In this document: positions 35,401 through 48,967 of the stretch, one piece after another
Layout of the letters: each line of letters begins with the position of its first letter
How positions within the stretch are numbered: the stretch's first letter is position 1
Source: Eledone cirrhosa
Lineage: Eukaryota
Length of the DNA: 64,000 nt
Assembly (NCBI GenBank): GCA_964016885.1
Contig: OZ024741.1
Coordinates: 280,860,001 to 280,924,000, forward strand
Reading direction: 5' to 3'
Made by a program: the position numbers and the translations under genes
Notes under the pieces: model-generated
Told to the model about the DNA's origin: nothing
Databases searched by the model: none
What the model saw: the letters and a program-made list of their open reading frames with translations, nothing else

Positions 35401-38400
35401 TCAAAGGTGCATGTATAGTACATAGAATAATGTACAAATGTCAGGAAAATAAACAGTGTATGAGTCATGATATAATAACAATAACGAAATATTGTGCACA
35501 GTGCCCAGGTGCACCACAACTCATCAAAAAAGTGCATGTACAGTACATAGGGCAATGCACAAACATCAGTAAAATGAACAGTGCACGAGTCATGATACAC
35601 ACGTGTGCATGTGTATGGTAGGGGTACATCAGGTGTAGTTTTGGCGTATTTTGGGAAGCATGAGTGTCTTAAAAGATGCAGTGTCTCGGCAGCTAACAAT
35701 TGACGCAGGCAGTTTGTTCCAAGCTTCAGCAACTCTGAGCGTGAAAAAATGTCTACGAAAGTCATGGGAGCTGTGCTGTTTTCTGATCTTGTAGGCATGT
35801 CCACGTGTGTTAGACACATGGAGATCAAAGAGGTGCTCAGGGCTGCAATTGGCGAGATGGTTAAAAACTTTGTGGGTATTCACCAAGTCCATTGCCAGAC
35901 GTCGGAGCTTCAATGAATCCATGCCCAGGGAAGCAAGGCGTTCAGAGTATGGTAGGTGTCTGATGGAGGGTATGCGCTTGGTTGCACGTCTCTGAACAGT
36001 TTCCAGGAGGTCAATGTTCCGAGCAAGATAGGGGTTCCAGACTGATGATGCGAATTCCAAGTGTGGTCGCACCATAGCTGTATACAGTTTTAAATAGATG
36101 GCTGGAGAGCGGCTAACAAAGGTCTTGCTGAGTGATGCCAAGACACCCTCGGCCTTCTTGACAATCTTAGAGACATGCTTTGTCCAACGCAAATCGTTGC
36201 TGACAGTAATGCCCAGGTCACGTTCATAATTAGTATATCATTTAAAATGTTTTTTTCCAAATAAACTGAGTTAACCCACTACTATATTTTAAATGAAATA
36301 CTATGCCTGTGTTTCATTAGTAAGCTGATATTTAGAACATTACTTAACAAAAATGTCTAAAATAAAATATTAATGGAAGGTTTTAATATAAGGATAAACA
36401 TTTTAAAATTAGCAGATTTGTATTGTAATCCAGGGCAGTCTCAGGCGAGAAACTACCATGTGTATCAATAAATTCGGAATTATTGATAAAGATAAGTATA
36501 TATAAATGATTAAGAAGGTCGCTTTGCAATCATTAGGTCCCTGGATCAATCCCACTGACATTTTGGGCAAGAGTCATTTACCATAATCGTCAGCCAACTC
36601 ATACTTTGTAAGTGAAATTGGGTAGACGGAAGCTGTATAGAAGCCTCACAAATGAACTGTATCTGCAATTCAAGGGTCCAGCTTTGTCATAGTCTCATTC
36701 TGAATCACCATATGAATTACATTTAGGGCACAATCTGTGGAATGCTCAACCACTTACTTTCACGAGCAGGAGTTCCATTGATTGAATAACTGGAACACTC
36801 ATTGTCAAAACCAACAGAGCTTCATTCCAACTGGTTGGTTCATATAAGAACATGTTTTCAATCTTGTTATTTTATTGATTTCAGTTGAATATATATCTTA
36901 TTCCTTTAGTCATTACAACCATTGAGATATCCAGTACATTTCTGAAAGTTACAATCCTCTTAAATTCAATATTAAATTACCATATATATATTCACAAATA
37001 AGTTGCACTTCCATTTTACAGGCAATATTTACAATGTGTTGTCGTTGTTGCCATTACCACCACCACAGTTTTGTGTCTATTTTCCATGCTTGCATGGGTA
37101 AGACAGATTGCCATGTCTTGCTTGTATGCTCTATTTTTGGTTTAGTTTCTACAGCTGGATGCCCTTCTTAACATCGACTAATTTATAGTGTGTACTGGGA
37201 ACATTTTATCATGAGTCTGTATATTTTTAGACGAGATCCAGTAGATAAGTTGTATGCTGGTTTTACACATATTTTTTAGGGAAAATGTGCTATTTACGTA
37301 TATGCCAAGGAAGGTGGAAAATATTTGATTAATAAGCTAATAAGAAATATAATAATGTTTTTTTAAAAAAAACTCTACCTGTAATCTCAGCAATAATAGA
37401 AGCTATTTTTTCTGCAAATCCAATTCTTGTGTTTATTCCAGTACCAACTGCTGTTCCACCTTGTTAAAATGATAAAATTACAGATTTAAAAATAGAAAAA
37501 GTTTTATATGTTATCTTAGTAATCAATTCAAAATAGATTTAAAATTCATTAAATGCTTGCTTTATCACTCCTTCACTTCTGGCATGAAAATACATCCTCA
37601 AAAAAATTATTTGAAATATACTAAATTATCCAAGTAAGCCACGAGATTCTAACTTAGAATGCAAAGATCCAGAACAAACACCACAAGGCATCTTCTTCAA
37701 CACTAGCAATTTTGCCAATCCACTGCCTTGCAATTGTAGTATTTTATTTTACTGATGTTAACAAATGAGAAAGGCCTATTAGATATAGAGACTGAAAATA
37801 TAATGAGATGGTCATATCTGGACCACTTTTGATCAGAGCTGACTTGGGTTTAAAGAATAGGAAGAAGCAGTAGACAGCTAATCATCATCATCATTTAACA
37901 TCTGCAGGTGGCTGCTTCTTGATTACATACGACCCTTCAATCTACAGAGTGTACTCGACACATCTGAAGAGTCCTCTCAACCTTTTGTTTGGCATGTTTT
38001 GTATAGCTCAATACCCTTCCTATCACCAACCAATTTACAAGCTGTACTGGCTACATTTTTGCAACACCAACATTAGAAATTCTATGTTACTTAAGGGTTT
38101 TCTCAACCTTTTTGGCATGGTTTCTACAGCTGAAAGCCTTTTTAACACCAACCACATTACATAGAGTACTGGGTGTATTTTATTGTGGCACCAACACCAG
38201 GGAGGTTGTCAGTTATAGACTTGACTGAAGAGCCCTCCCTAACCTATGGTTTGGGGATGGGGGAAAATGTTCAGATATTAAATGACAAAAACAAAAATGA
38301 AACCTGTAATTTGAGCTAGTGAAATTTATAGAGATCTATAACTAACCTATGGCAAGCTGATATAATCTTGGCATCGTTGATTTTATGCGATCAATTCCAT

Positions 38401-41400
38401 TGGAGAGTTGGTGTACATAGCCACTAAACTCTTGTCCAAGTGTTAAGGGAACTGCATCCTACAAAATAATGTTTCAGCATTAAGAATAATAATACAAAAT
38501 GTGTATTACCTCTCTCCCTTCAATATAAACAGGGGAAGGATAATGAATACAAAATATCTGTGTATACCTCTCTCCCCTCAATATAAACAGAGGAGAAATA
38601 ATTGTTTCTACTTTACACAAGGCCAGCAATTACCCAGTGCATTACTGGTACTTTATTTTATCGACCCTGTAAGGATGAAAGGCAAAGTCAACCTCGGCGG
38701 AATTTGAACTCAGATTTGAAAACAGAGGAGAAATAATGGATGTAAAACAGTAAAGATACAAAATGTGTGGAAATAATTGCTCAAATGACAATAGCAGGAA
38801 AGTGCAGAGAGGGAAATCATCATCATCACCACCATTTCCATTCTTGCATGGGTTGTGTGCCAGTCTTCTCCACCAATCAGGTATCCACTAATGATTGTCA
38901 ATTCTTCGATGTTGTCTGTCCATTTTGTTCTCTCTTAATCTCTCCCCACTCCCACCACTCCACAGTTTCTTGTAGAATGTTTACAAGACCACTGGATTGT
39001 GTTACATGGCAGCCATACCATCTTACCATCATCATCATTGTACATCCATTGTTCCACACTTGCATGGGTTGGTTGGGTCCTTCTCAGCACAGCATCTCCC
39101 CACTCATCGCGATCCTTTGTCATCTCTACTGTTGAGTTGCAGTAATTTGAGATCTGTTCCCACCAATGCCATCCAGGTCTTCTAGTGCAGCTTCCTTCCA
39201 CTGAGCAATCATCATCCATATGCATCACATGTCCATACCAGTGCAGTCTTCTCTCCTGCACACTACATTTGATTTCTCTTATACTCTCTCAGTTCATCCA
39301 TGCCTAGTCATTCACACACATTAACATATATGTATTTATATGAACTGTAAATACATATAAATGTATAATCCATGAGAAGTTGTAGTAGCAGTTATTATTT
39401 TTCCATATTGGAATGAGATGGAGAAGTTGTTATGGTGGTCTGAGACTAGACAACCTGGGGCAAGGGGACACAATGTCTTGTTCATATGTTCCATTTTTGG
39501 CATGGTTTCCACAGTTGGATGCCTTTCTTAATGCCAACCAATTTACAGAGTGTATTTGGTGCATTTTATCATGGTACCAAAACTACTACTTTTTAGGGTA
39601 TAGTATGGCCATTCAATTTTGAATGATAGTGCATGTTATTTGAAAATGTGTTGCTGGTTGGTATGGAGAGGTTGTTATGGTTCGAGACTAGACATGCTGG
39701 GGAAGGGGGACCGTATCTTGTTCATATTCCATTTTTGGCATGATTTCCATAGCTGGATGCCTTTCCTAATGCCAACCACTTTTCAGAGTGTAGTATGACC
39801 ATTTGAAAATATGTTGCTGGTTGGTAATATAACAGAGATGACCAAGAAAGACTTGGGGCAAGTTAGATATAGAACTGAGAGATGATAGATTTGATTATGG
39901 GAGACATTTGACACCCAAACCACTATAAATTCTTTCAATACTGTATTTCTAATGAAATACACTGCTTGTGTGTTTCAATTAATTTTGATAATAACCATGC
40001 ATTTAGAAGAATTTCATACGAATTTAGCAACATTCTCCAGTAAACATTGCTACTTCTTTGCACCAAACCTGTTGCATAAATCTGACCTAGTATTGACTCT
40101 TTCACGACCTTATTTCTATTGAAATATATTGCTTATATGCTTCAGTTAATTTTGAAAATAGCCATACATTTGAAAAAATTTAATAAGATAACTAAGTTTT
40201 TTTATTAGTATGCTGATATTTATAGAACTTTTAAATAAAATTATGATGAAAGTTTTAATACAAAGATAAACATAAAATGATCAGTTTTTGTATCAGAAAT
40301 CAAGGGAGGTTTCAGGCAGTTTCGTATCAAAAGGGTTAAAAGTCTTGCCAATTTGTCAGGTTGAATTTGCAGAATTGTTAGAGCGTCACATTACATACAT
40401 ACTCTGAGTCATAAGCTCCTATCATTTTGGGAGGTGCAGATGTTCATATATTTCCAACAAAAATGACTAAATTTTCTAACAATATGCCACTGCTCAGAGT
40501 TCACATCCCACTGACGCCAATTTTGCCTTTAATCCTTCCAATAAAGGAAGGAATTGTTAGAGTGTCAGGCTAGAGCCTTATGGTATCTGTTCTAGTTCTG
40601 CTGTGCATTCTGGTTTCAAATTCAGTCACTAGAAAAAAATGGTGATATGATAGAACTGGGGGGGGGGGGGGGGGGGGGGGGGGAGGCTTTGCCCAAGAAA
40701 CGTTTATGAGATGTAACCTCAAAAGAGGCAGGCCATTAGAGGAACCCATCCAGATGTGTGCTGTAATACAACTCTACAAGAAGTATTTTACCAATGATGA
40801 TGATGACAAAATTACATTTTAAAACAATAATTAAATACCAAATTGATCCTGAGCAAGATGGTTGGATAACATCCAATATCTTGGCTGGTCATGCTTGGGG
40901 ATCCAACTGGATCCACTGGGAGACGGTTGCTTCTGACAGGACCCGCTGGAAGGAGTGTTTGAGGACTCTGCTCCCACGACCATCTCAGGAATAAGTGGGT
41001 GAAGAAGAAGCATTTAATTTGAGGGAGATTTGGCATATATTTTTAGCTGATGTATGTGTGCAATCATCAGTCACAAAGGGATACGGTGTACCTATTCTAA
41101 ACAGGATACACACTACTTGCTAATGACAGAAGCCAGCAAAATGTTGACTTTTCTATGCTGACATGGGTTGGACAGGATTTTTTGAGGCAATGTTTAACAC
41201 AGGGAAAAAGTGTTCCTGTTCTAAACTGGATACACATGGCATTGTATATGGACAAAATTATTGGCATGCAACTTACTTGTGTGTGAGTTCGTCCTATTTT
41301 AATGATGTCCATAAACTCATTAGATTTGTTCTTGAGAGACTCATGTAATTTGTGGAGGGCAGGTAATAAATGTTGGTTAATTTCAGCAGCAACAGCTATA

Positions 41401-44400
41401 TGCATTGCTGTGGGAAATGTATCATTGGAACTCTGCAACAAAGATAATATAAAGGATTAGTTGTAATAGCAATTTCTGACTTAGGTACAAGGCCAGCATT
41501 TAGGAGGGAAGGGGAAAGTCAATTATAGCACTTCAATTTGTAATAATAGTTTCTGATTTAAACGCTGAAGACCCCCTTCGGTCACGAATGACCATGGTAA
41601 ATGCACCTAGAAAGTTTCCCTCTGAGGCACAAGTCCGGGCAAGGTTGTTTGTGGAAGACCAGCAGTCATCCATGCATACCAGCCTCCCCTCTCCACACCA
41701 CTGATGATGTCCAAAGGAAAGGCTATGGCCAATACAGCTTGGCATCAATGACGTTGCAACTTATTTCTACAGCTGAGCACATTGGAGCAACGTGAAATAA
41801 AGTGTCTTGCTCAAGGACATAACGATCACCTGGTTTGAGAATCAAACTTACAACCTTTCAATTGCAAGCCCAATGCTCTAACCACTAAGCCATGCATCTT
41901 CACTTTGATTTAAATACAAGGCCAGCATTTAGGAGGGAAGGGGAAAGTCAATTGCATTGACCCCAGTCCTTTAGTTGTAATAGTGACTTCTGATTTGGTA
42001 CAAGCCAGCAACTTTAGAGAAGGGGAAAGTCAATTATATCGACCCCCAGCACTTGACTGTTACCTTATTTTATTGACCTTGAGAGGATGAAAGGCGAAGT
42101 TGTCCTTAGTGGGATTTGAACTTAGAACATGAAGATCTGGAACAAATACTGCAAAGCATTTGTCCAATGCTCTAATGATCTTGCTAATCCACCACCCTAA
42201 TTAGTTGTAATAATGGCTTATAAGGCCAGTAATTAGGAGAAAGTTGACCTCAGCAGAATTTGAGCATAAAGAGCCAGAACAAATACTACAAGGTATTTGG
42301 TTTGATGTTCTAACAATTCTGCCAATCCACCTTCTGTAATTCTCAGGGACAGTCAACATGAAGCAGTGAGTATGTGAGACAAGGCTGACTTTTTTTATTA
42401 AAAGTATAGTACACTATATGGGCTTCTGTCTACCAAATTTCACTCACAAGGCTTTGGTCGATCCATGACTATGGTAAATGACGCCCAAGATGTCACGTGT
42501 CTCACATACATTCCAAATTTGGCATCGTTTCTACAACTTGATGCCTTTCTTATTACCAAGTGTATAACATTTTAGTTATCACTACAGTTAAAATATCAAA
42601 ATTCTGCTGAGGTCAACTTTCTCCTCCCAAATTACTAAACGCTGATAAAATAAATTTATAAGATGTAGGAAGCCCAGACATAGAAAATAACTGCAATTAT
42701 AGTCAGTTGATACAAAATAGCTTATAAAAATTGGTTAAAGGCCCCTAGAGAGGGAAAAATGTTGCCAAAAAATTGAAGTTATTTTCTGCAACTGAGCTTC
42801 CCACAGCTTATGAATTAAAATATGTTGGTAAGTTCTCAGTAAATAGAATTTTAGTTTCTATTCCCACTCGAAAACGCTTCAATTATTGAATTAATTAGAA
42901 AAAGGAATGGAATGTAGGAACATTCACAACAAGTTAACATATTTCAATCCTTATAATTAAACAACTTAACACAGAAATATGAAAATCAGTATACATTTTT
43001 AACAGGAAATGAATAACTATCCAACCACATAAAGTACAAAGTACAATCACAGAGGTATTACAGTTGCACCAGAGCTCTTCTCAGGATGGTGCAAAATGTG
43101 CAGCTGTATATCTGAAAACATGGATTAGTATTATCAAGTCAGATCTTCACATTATTTTTGTTGTCAAGTTTCCATAGTTCTCAAAGAGATTCAGCATGAC
43201 ATAGTGTGTGACAAGGCCGGTTCTTTGAATTACAGGTATAACTAATTTTTTGCCAGTTGAATATGAGATATAAAGTGTCTTGTTCAAGTTCACAATTAAC
43301 TGCTGGGAATCAAACTCACAACCTTATGATTGTGAGCCAAACACTTTCACTACTAAGCTACACAACTTCATGGTTCTTGTATAAATGGTGTCTATACACC
43401 ACTGGAACCACGAGAGGATGATCTCTATGACAGACATCACTGAGCATGGTTGCTTCCTGTCCATGAAGCAGTGGATTTAATGAATGAAACCAGCTCAATC
43501 CATCCCAAGTGAACACCAATACAAATAAAAAGAACAGTTGGTGTAAATTTTAGATGTTGTTTAGCCATTTTTATTTCTGTATAAAAATATCAGTGAAGCC
43601 GTGTTATTTTTCATTCTCAGAAAGATTAATAAGTACAAAAAATTATATTTTCCTAGACAAAATAAATCATTATTTAACCCTTTTATTGCCATATTTCTTG
43701 TACGATATATTACCCATGCCTTCAAATTAATTTTTTTTACATATAAAATTTGGAGGTGTTTAGAAAATGCTTGTAATAAATAGTCTGAGATAAAATGAAC
43801 AGTTATAATTTAAACCTAAGCATTCTAAAATGAGTGGTTTTATCTCATGGAACCTGGGGCAGTTTTTGGCAGGTTGATATTAAAAGGGTTAACCATTTTG
43901 ATGGACGTACGACTGTCATCTGAGTTTGTATGTATATCCTGGACTGTTGTAAGTGGTTGAGTATATATGCATATGTGATGTCCGACGAGTATCCTCCACC
44001 TCCAACTAACTTACCCTCTGCCTCTTGGATCATGATGGAATGTTTTTAGATAAATATAAACACTTTGAAATAAACAGTTTTGTGGCATAGAAAGAGGAGT
44101 GGTTTCAGGGTTAAACATCACACTTACTTGACTCATGTTTACATGATCATTTGGGTGCACTGGATCCTTACTACCAAGTTGACCTCCAAGTAGCTGAATA
44201 GCTCGGTTACTAATTACTTCATTGACATTCATGTTTGTCTGTGTGCCAGAACCTGTTTGCCACACAACGAGGGGGAAATGATCCATAAGTTCACCAGAAC
44301 TCACCTGAGCAATGATACAAAAAAGACAAAAAATCAAACTTTGGCATAGCTAAACTGAAAAGTTTTATATATATATATACATAAAAATGATAATACAAGG

Positions 44401-47070
44401 TAAGTCATAAGTAACTGGAGAGTCCAACATTTATAATTCCAAATGGTAACATTTACTAAAATTCCGATCATACAGTACAAAATTATAATTACATCAAACA
44501 AAAGTAGTTTAAAATATATAATTAAAGTGTTTGGAAAGCTGACCCTGTTCCTCAATACACTGTGCATCTTGCAATAAAAATGCATTGACTGACCCGTTAC
44601 TTATGACTCACCCTGTATATAATATATGTAAACAAAAGGTGTAGTGGGATTGTATGCAGGTTAACAGATAAGGTAGAGATTGTATGTGGAAGATGCACAG
44701 GAACAGTTAGTAGTAATAATACTAGGGAAGACCTCATAGACGTAGTGTTAACTTCTGTTACTTAAGAAACCTACTTAGCAGCGGAAAATTGTGCTGGTAT
44801 GGACAGGTGATGCATGTATAGATGATGATTGTTTGGTCAAGAATTCCAAGTGGAAAGAAGCAGCAGAATAGGAAGACTTGGGCTAAAGTGTTGAGAGCTG
44901 ATCTCAAAAACTTGAACGTTACAGAGGAGATGACAATGGAATGCTATGAGTGGAGGGAAGCTGTGCTGGAGAAGACTTATCTAAGCCATACAAGTATAGA
45001 AAAATGGGCGTAAAATGTTGGTGGCTTGCATGGCTACAGTGAGATACTTTTGTTTTTATTATCTCCCTTCCCAGTGTCATACTGAAGATAAGTTACAATT
45101 GGGGATTTAATCTATCTACCTATCACCTGAATATGTTGTGTGTGTATATGTATGTGTATATATATATATTATTTTTGAAGTCTTCTTTAAACAGTTAGAT
45201 GGAAAAAACAATGCTGTTATTAATAAGAAGAGTTGAAATTAATGCCTGCAAGATTTCACACCTCTAACATCACTCCTTCATAGTCAGCCTCCCTTTCAAC
45301 CATTTCAACCCTCCCTTGTAATTTTAAATGATTAAAAGCGAAAACAATGTGTTGTAATTATTTATATAGTGTTTGTGGCTTCCAATCAATTAAAATTATA
45401 TCATTTACATTTATTTTCAAATATATTTGAAAAAGGAAAGAAACTGATTGTCAGATTGGATTAATGAAAACAATGTTTCCATTGGTTTTTCTATTGCTGA
45501 TACTGTCTACCAGTCGCAATTGCTGGCAGGAGGAGGAGTAGGCCAGATTTGAACTGGATCAAATACAGTAAAGTATCTCATTTGACTCTTTAACAATTCC
45601 ACTAATCCACCACAACCACTAGACTGGTACTTTATTTTTCAACTCTGAAAGGATGAAAGGCAAAGTTGATCTTGATAGGATTTTAAATCAGACTTCAGTG
45701 AACTGGAACAAATACTAAAGCTCTGCCAATTCACCATCTTATGCTAATTAATTAAATAAATGTAAACATATTATAATGAACAATTGCAACAAAGCCACCT
45801 TAATGCTTTTCTTACCATATATCTAATGAAAGACACTACCTATGATTTTAAATCATTTTGAAAATAATTAAGAATTTGGAGGGATTTAATAATGTAACTA
45901 ACTTCCTCATTATTAACGAGATGTTTGGAACATAACATAACATAGAATTATGATAGGTTTTAACCTTTTCATTACAATTATTTTAAATGAAAACACTGAT
46001 TTTCCAAATAAGTTTGAAAATAATAAAGAATTTCATTTCAAAAGATTTAGTAACTTTTATTTGGGATTTAGAGCATAGCTTAACAAAAGTTCTTAAATAA
46101 AATTATGATGGAAGGTTTCTAGATAAATAAAACACTTTGAAATAAACAGCTTAACATCATAGAACCAAAGCAGTTTGACATCAAAATAATCTAAAACAAA
46201 CAAACCAGGAGTAGTTTTAAAAGGGTTAAATCAAGAAAAAAAGGGCACAAAACAAACATACTTCCATGGCAGCAGATTTTATGACTTCAGCTATTTTGGG
46301 ATCTAGACCATATTCTTGATTCACTTGGGCAGCTGCAGCTTTCAGAATACCAAATGCTTTTATAAGTGGAACCTAGAAGTAGAGTGAAATCAATCAAAAG
46401 AATTAATAGAAATCAATATATCATAATTATCATTTAATGTCTGTTTTCCTTGCTAGAAAGGGTTGGACGGGTCATCACAGACTGAGTTAATACTTAACTG
46501 GAACTATTGACCTCACAGGCTGTGGGCCTGCATCTTACTTACATATATTTCCACCCTTTACTGAGTGCTCAGATAAACCTTGTTCACATATGTACTCATG
46601 CTCTGCTGATTGCATCTTATCATGGCACCATCACTAAGGAGGTTGTCATGTTTTTGACACAACTGAAGAGCTTTTGTTTGGTAGGTTTTCTATGGCTCGA
46701 TGTTCTTCCTATCACCAAATACTTTACAGAATGTACTGGATGCATTTCTCATGTAGATCACCAACACAAGGGAGGTTAGCTAAAGAGTCCCCCTCCCCAA
46801 TTCTTTGTTTCGCCCTTTTTCTATGGCTAAATGCTCTTCGTATTTATCATGTAGATCACCAACACTAGGGTTTACCATACATCTTCTAACAGCTTCAAAT
46901 TGTTTCATTGAATATAAACTGGTTACTAAAGTTCTACATACTGGCATCTTTTCAGTGTCACCACCAATGTTGAAGTTGATCAAAGTGCGTGCTGTGACAG
47001 CTCCATAGAGTTTGTCATTTGGGACTGGTACAGGCCCCATGCTGTCTGTCTCTAATCTTGAGGCTCCAGG
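32014..47070 (-). CDS. FH: fumarate hydratase (class II fumarase), 8 coding exons, first exon not securely located
   Basis: Exons 47070-46942, 46372-46262, 44304-44128, 41432-41277, 38458-38347, 37459-37379, 35296-35093 and 32438-32014 splice in frame. Motifs: [43 protein letters not shown] and the fumarate-lyase signature [15 protein letters not shown]. Confidence 0.97.
34212..34440. mobile_element. Tigger/pogo-type MITE
   Basis: CAGTGGAACgTtGGTTC ... GAACCGAGGTTCCACTG|TA termini; a second right end at ~26786. Confidence 0.75.
35093..35296 (-). CDS. FH: FH exon ([18 protein letters not shown]...[10 protein letters not shown])
   Basis: ttttag acceptor, gtgagt donor, 204 nt, phase 1/1. Confidence 0.96.
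35340..36227 (-). mobile_element. 5'-truncated CR1-clade LINE, same family as 27170-28220, with duplicated 3' UTR and (TAT)n tail
   Basis: ORF 35629..36192 ([13 protein letters not shown]...WNKLP); 3' terminal gagttgtagtgcacctgagcactgtacacaata present twice. Confidence 0.92.
37379..37459 (-). CDS. FH: FH exon ([27 protein letters not shown])
   Basis: 81 nt, phase 1/1; AAG acceptor, gtagag donor. Confidence 0.94.
38347..38458 (-). CDS. FH: FH exon ([15 protein letters not shown]...RLYQLAI)
   Basis: ttgtag acceptor, gttagt donor, 112 nt. Confidence 0.96.
39040..39325 (-). mobile_element. RTE LINE 3' fragment
   Basis: [17 protein letters not shown] (ORF 38935..39261) and (GAT)n tail. Confidence 0.8.
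39418..39826. repeat. ~245-bp diverged tandem duplication containing an antisense SINE/LINE tail
   Basis: ggag..gttgttatggt..gagactagaca...ccatttttggcatg...tttacagagtgta appears twice. Confidence 0.75.
41277..41432 (-). CDS. FH: FH exon ([13 protein letters not shown]...KIGRTHTQ)
   Basis: ttgcag acceptor, gtaagt donor, 52 codons; within ORF 41097..41441. Confidence 0.97.
41565..41905 (-). mobile_element. tRNA-derived CORE-type SINE, apparently full length
   Basis: Minus-strand head gcatggcttagtggttagagc...gtttgattc and core tgtccttgagcaagacactttattt. Relatives near 7040, 36510, 47110, 53230, 53690, 58780 (+) and 43140 (-). Confidence 0.8.
44128..44304 (-). CDS. FH: FH exon ([20 protein letters not shown]...HVNMSQ)
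   Basis: ctcag acceptor, gtaagt donor, 59 codons; within ORF 44011..44337. Confidence 0.97.
46262..46372 (-). CDS. FH: FH exon ([37 protein letters not shown])
   Basis: ttctag acceptor, gtatgt donor, 37 codons. Confidence 0.95.
46942..47070 (-). CDS. FH: FH exon ([28 protein letters not shown]...TEKMP)
   Basis: tttttcag acceptor, gtatgt donor, 43 codons; within ORF 46780..47118. Confidence 0.94.
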
Positions 47071-48967
47071 CTGAAAAAGAGAAAATGTAAAAATGTTAGA
47101 ATTAATAGGCACAGGCATAGCTGTGTGGTTTTAGGAGTTAATTTTGCAATCATGTAGTTTAAGGTTCAGTCCTGCTGCATGGCTCCTTGAGCAAGTGTCT
47201 TCTACTATAGCCTCAGGTTTACCAATCCTTGTCAGTTGTATTCAGTAGATTGAAACTACAGAAGCCTAAGATATCATCATGATCATCACCACTTAATTTT
47301 CCATACTTGCATGGGTTTGGTGCCCTTCCAAATGCTGACCACTTTACAGCATGTATTGATAATAATAATTGTTTCTACTTTTGGCAAAAGGCCAGCAATT
47401 ACCCAGTGTATTACTGGTACTTTATTTTATCGACCCTGTAAGGATGAAAGGCAAAGTTAACCTCGGCGGGATTTGAACTCGGACCATAAACTTGTATTGA
47501 TAATAATAATGGTTTCTGATTTAGGCACAAGGCCAACATTTTTAGAGGAGAGGAAGTCAATGAATGGCAAAGGTAATCTCAGAGAGATTTGAACTCAGAA
47601 CATAAAGGGTCGTAATTCTATGGATGTTGCCCGACACTCTACCGATACTGCCAATCCACCACCTCTGTATTGATAATAATAATAATGAAAATTATTGTGT
47701 ATAGTGCTGAGGTGCACTACAACTCAGGTCAGTAGATCACTCAATATCCTTGCCATCCTACTCAGCCTTTCTAGGTCTTTAGCTATACTAAATCTTTATA
47801 AAAACATTAACAAAAAAAAGGATTTTATAGTTATTTTGTACTGTAGCTGGGCCAGGCGTTGGTATACCCAACAAACATTTTATAGTTCATTGTAAAATTG
47901 TTTAGCCTTTGACTGAGCAGAAATATGATCAAAGATGTCCCAGCCATGAGCACTCCCTCCTTTTTTCATTATGTACTGAGGTCAAATTTACCTTTCATTC
48001 TTTCAGGCGTAGTAAAATGTACCATTCTCGTAGTGGGGGTCAATTCTTTCTCTATATCTCTCTCACTTTCTATCCTTCTCTGGAAGAAATCTGCTGTGTT
48101 CAGACCTAGAGAAGCCTAGGCTCCATCAGGTTTAAAAATACCCTAGAAATGCCATATGTCATTACGGTGCCCCTTCAACTCCATACCATACCATCTATGA
48201 CTACATTATCCACTGTGTTGCTCCTTTATTAAGATGGTAAATAATTTGAGGTTGCAATTTCTAATAAGTTAAGAGACCATGTAGAGGCTTCCTCATTCAT
48301 TTGTTGATAGTTTCTATTTGTTACAATGGTTTCTAGTTTTTCCACAAGGTCAACAATTTTGAGAGGACCCCTGCACTTGACTGATATTTTATTTTCCCAA
48401 CTGCCAAAAGGACGAAAAGCAAAGTTGACTTCACCAAGATTTGAACACAAATCATAAAGAGTTGCAACTAAATACTGCAAATCATTATTTCTGATGGATT
48501 GGCAGTATCGGTAGAGGGTCGGACGCCATGCTTTGACGCATAGAGTTACGGCCCTTGCCATTCTGAGTTCAAATCCTGCCGAGGTTAATTTTGCCTTTCA
48601 TCCTTACGGGGTCGATAAAATAAAGTACCAGTAATGTACTGGGTAATTGCTGGCCTTGTGCCAATAGTAGAAACAATTATTACGAGGTTAACTTTGCCTT
48701 TCATCCTTACGGGGTCGATAAAATAAAGCACCAGTAATGTACTGATATTTGCTGGCCTTGTGCCAAAAGTAGAAACAATTATTACTTTTCTATGAATATT
48801 ATATAAAAAGTAGAAACAATTATTTCTGATGCTCTAATGATTCTGCCAATGCACCAGCTTTTTGCATATAATGCAACCAGGTGTATACTCTTTTGAGACC
48901 TGCCTGGTTCTGGTTCTGTGAAACAAAATAACGATTTTAAAGGGTTTCTAGTAAAAATATCCCAACA

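Noticed and set aside
40658-40683. Poly-G tract as a functional G-quadruplex
   Set aside because: Isolated intronic homopolymer whose length is unreliable; no supporting context.
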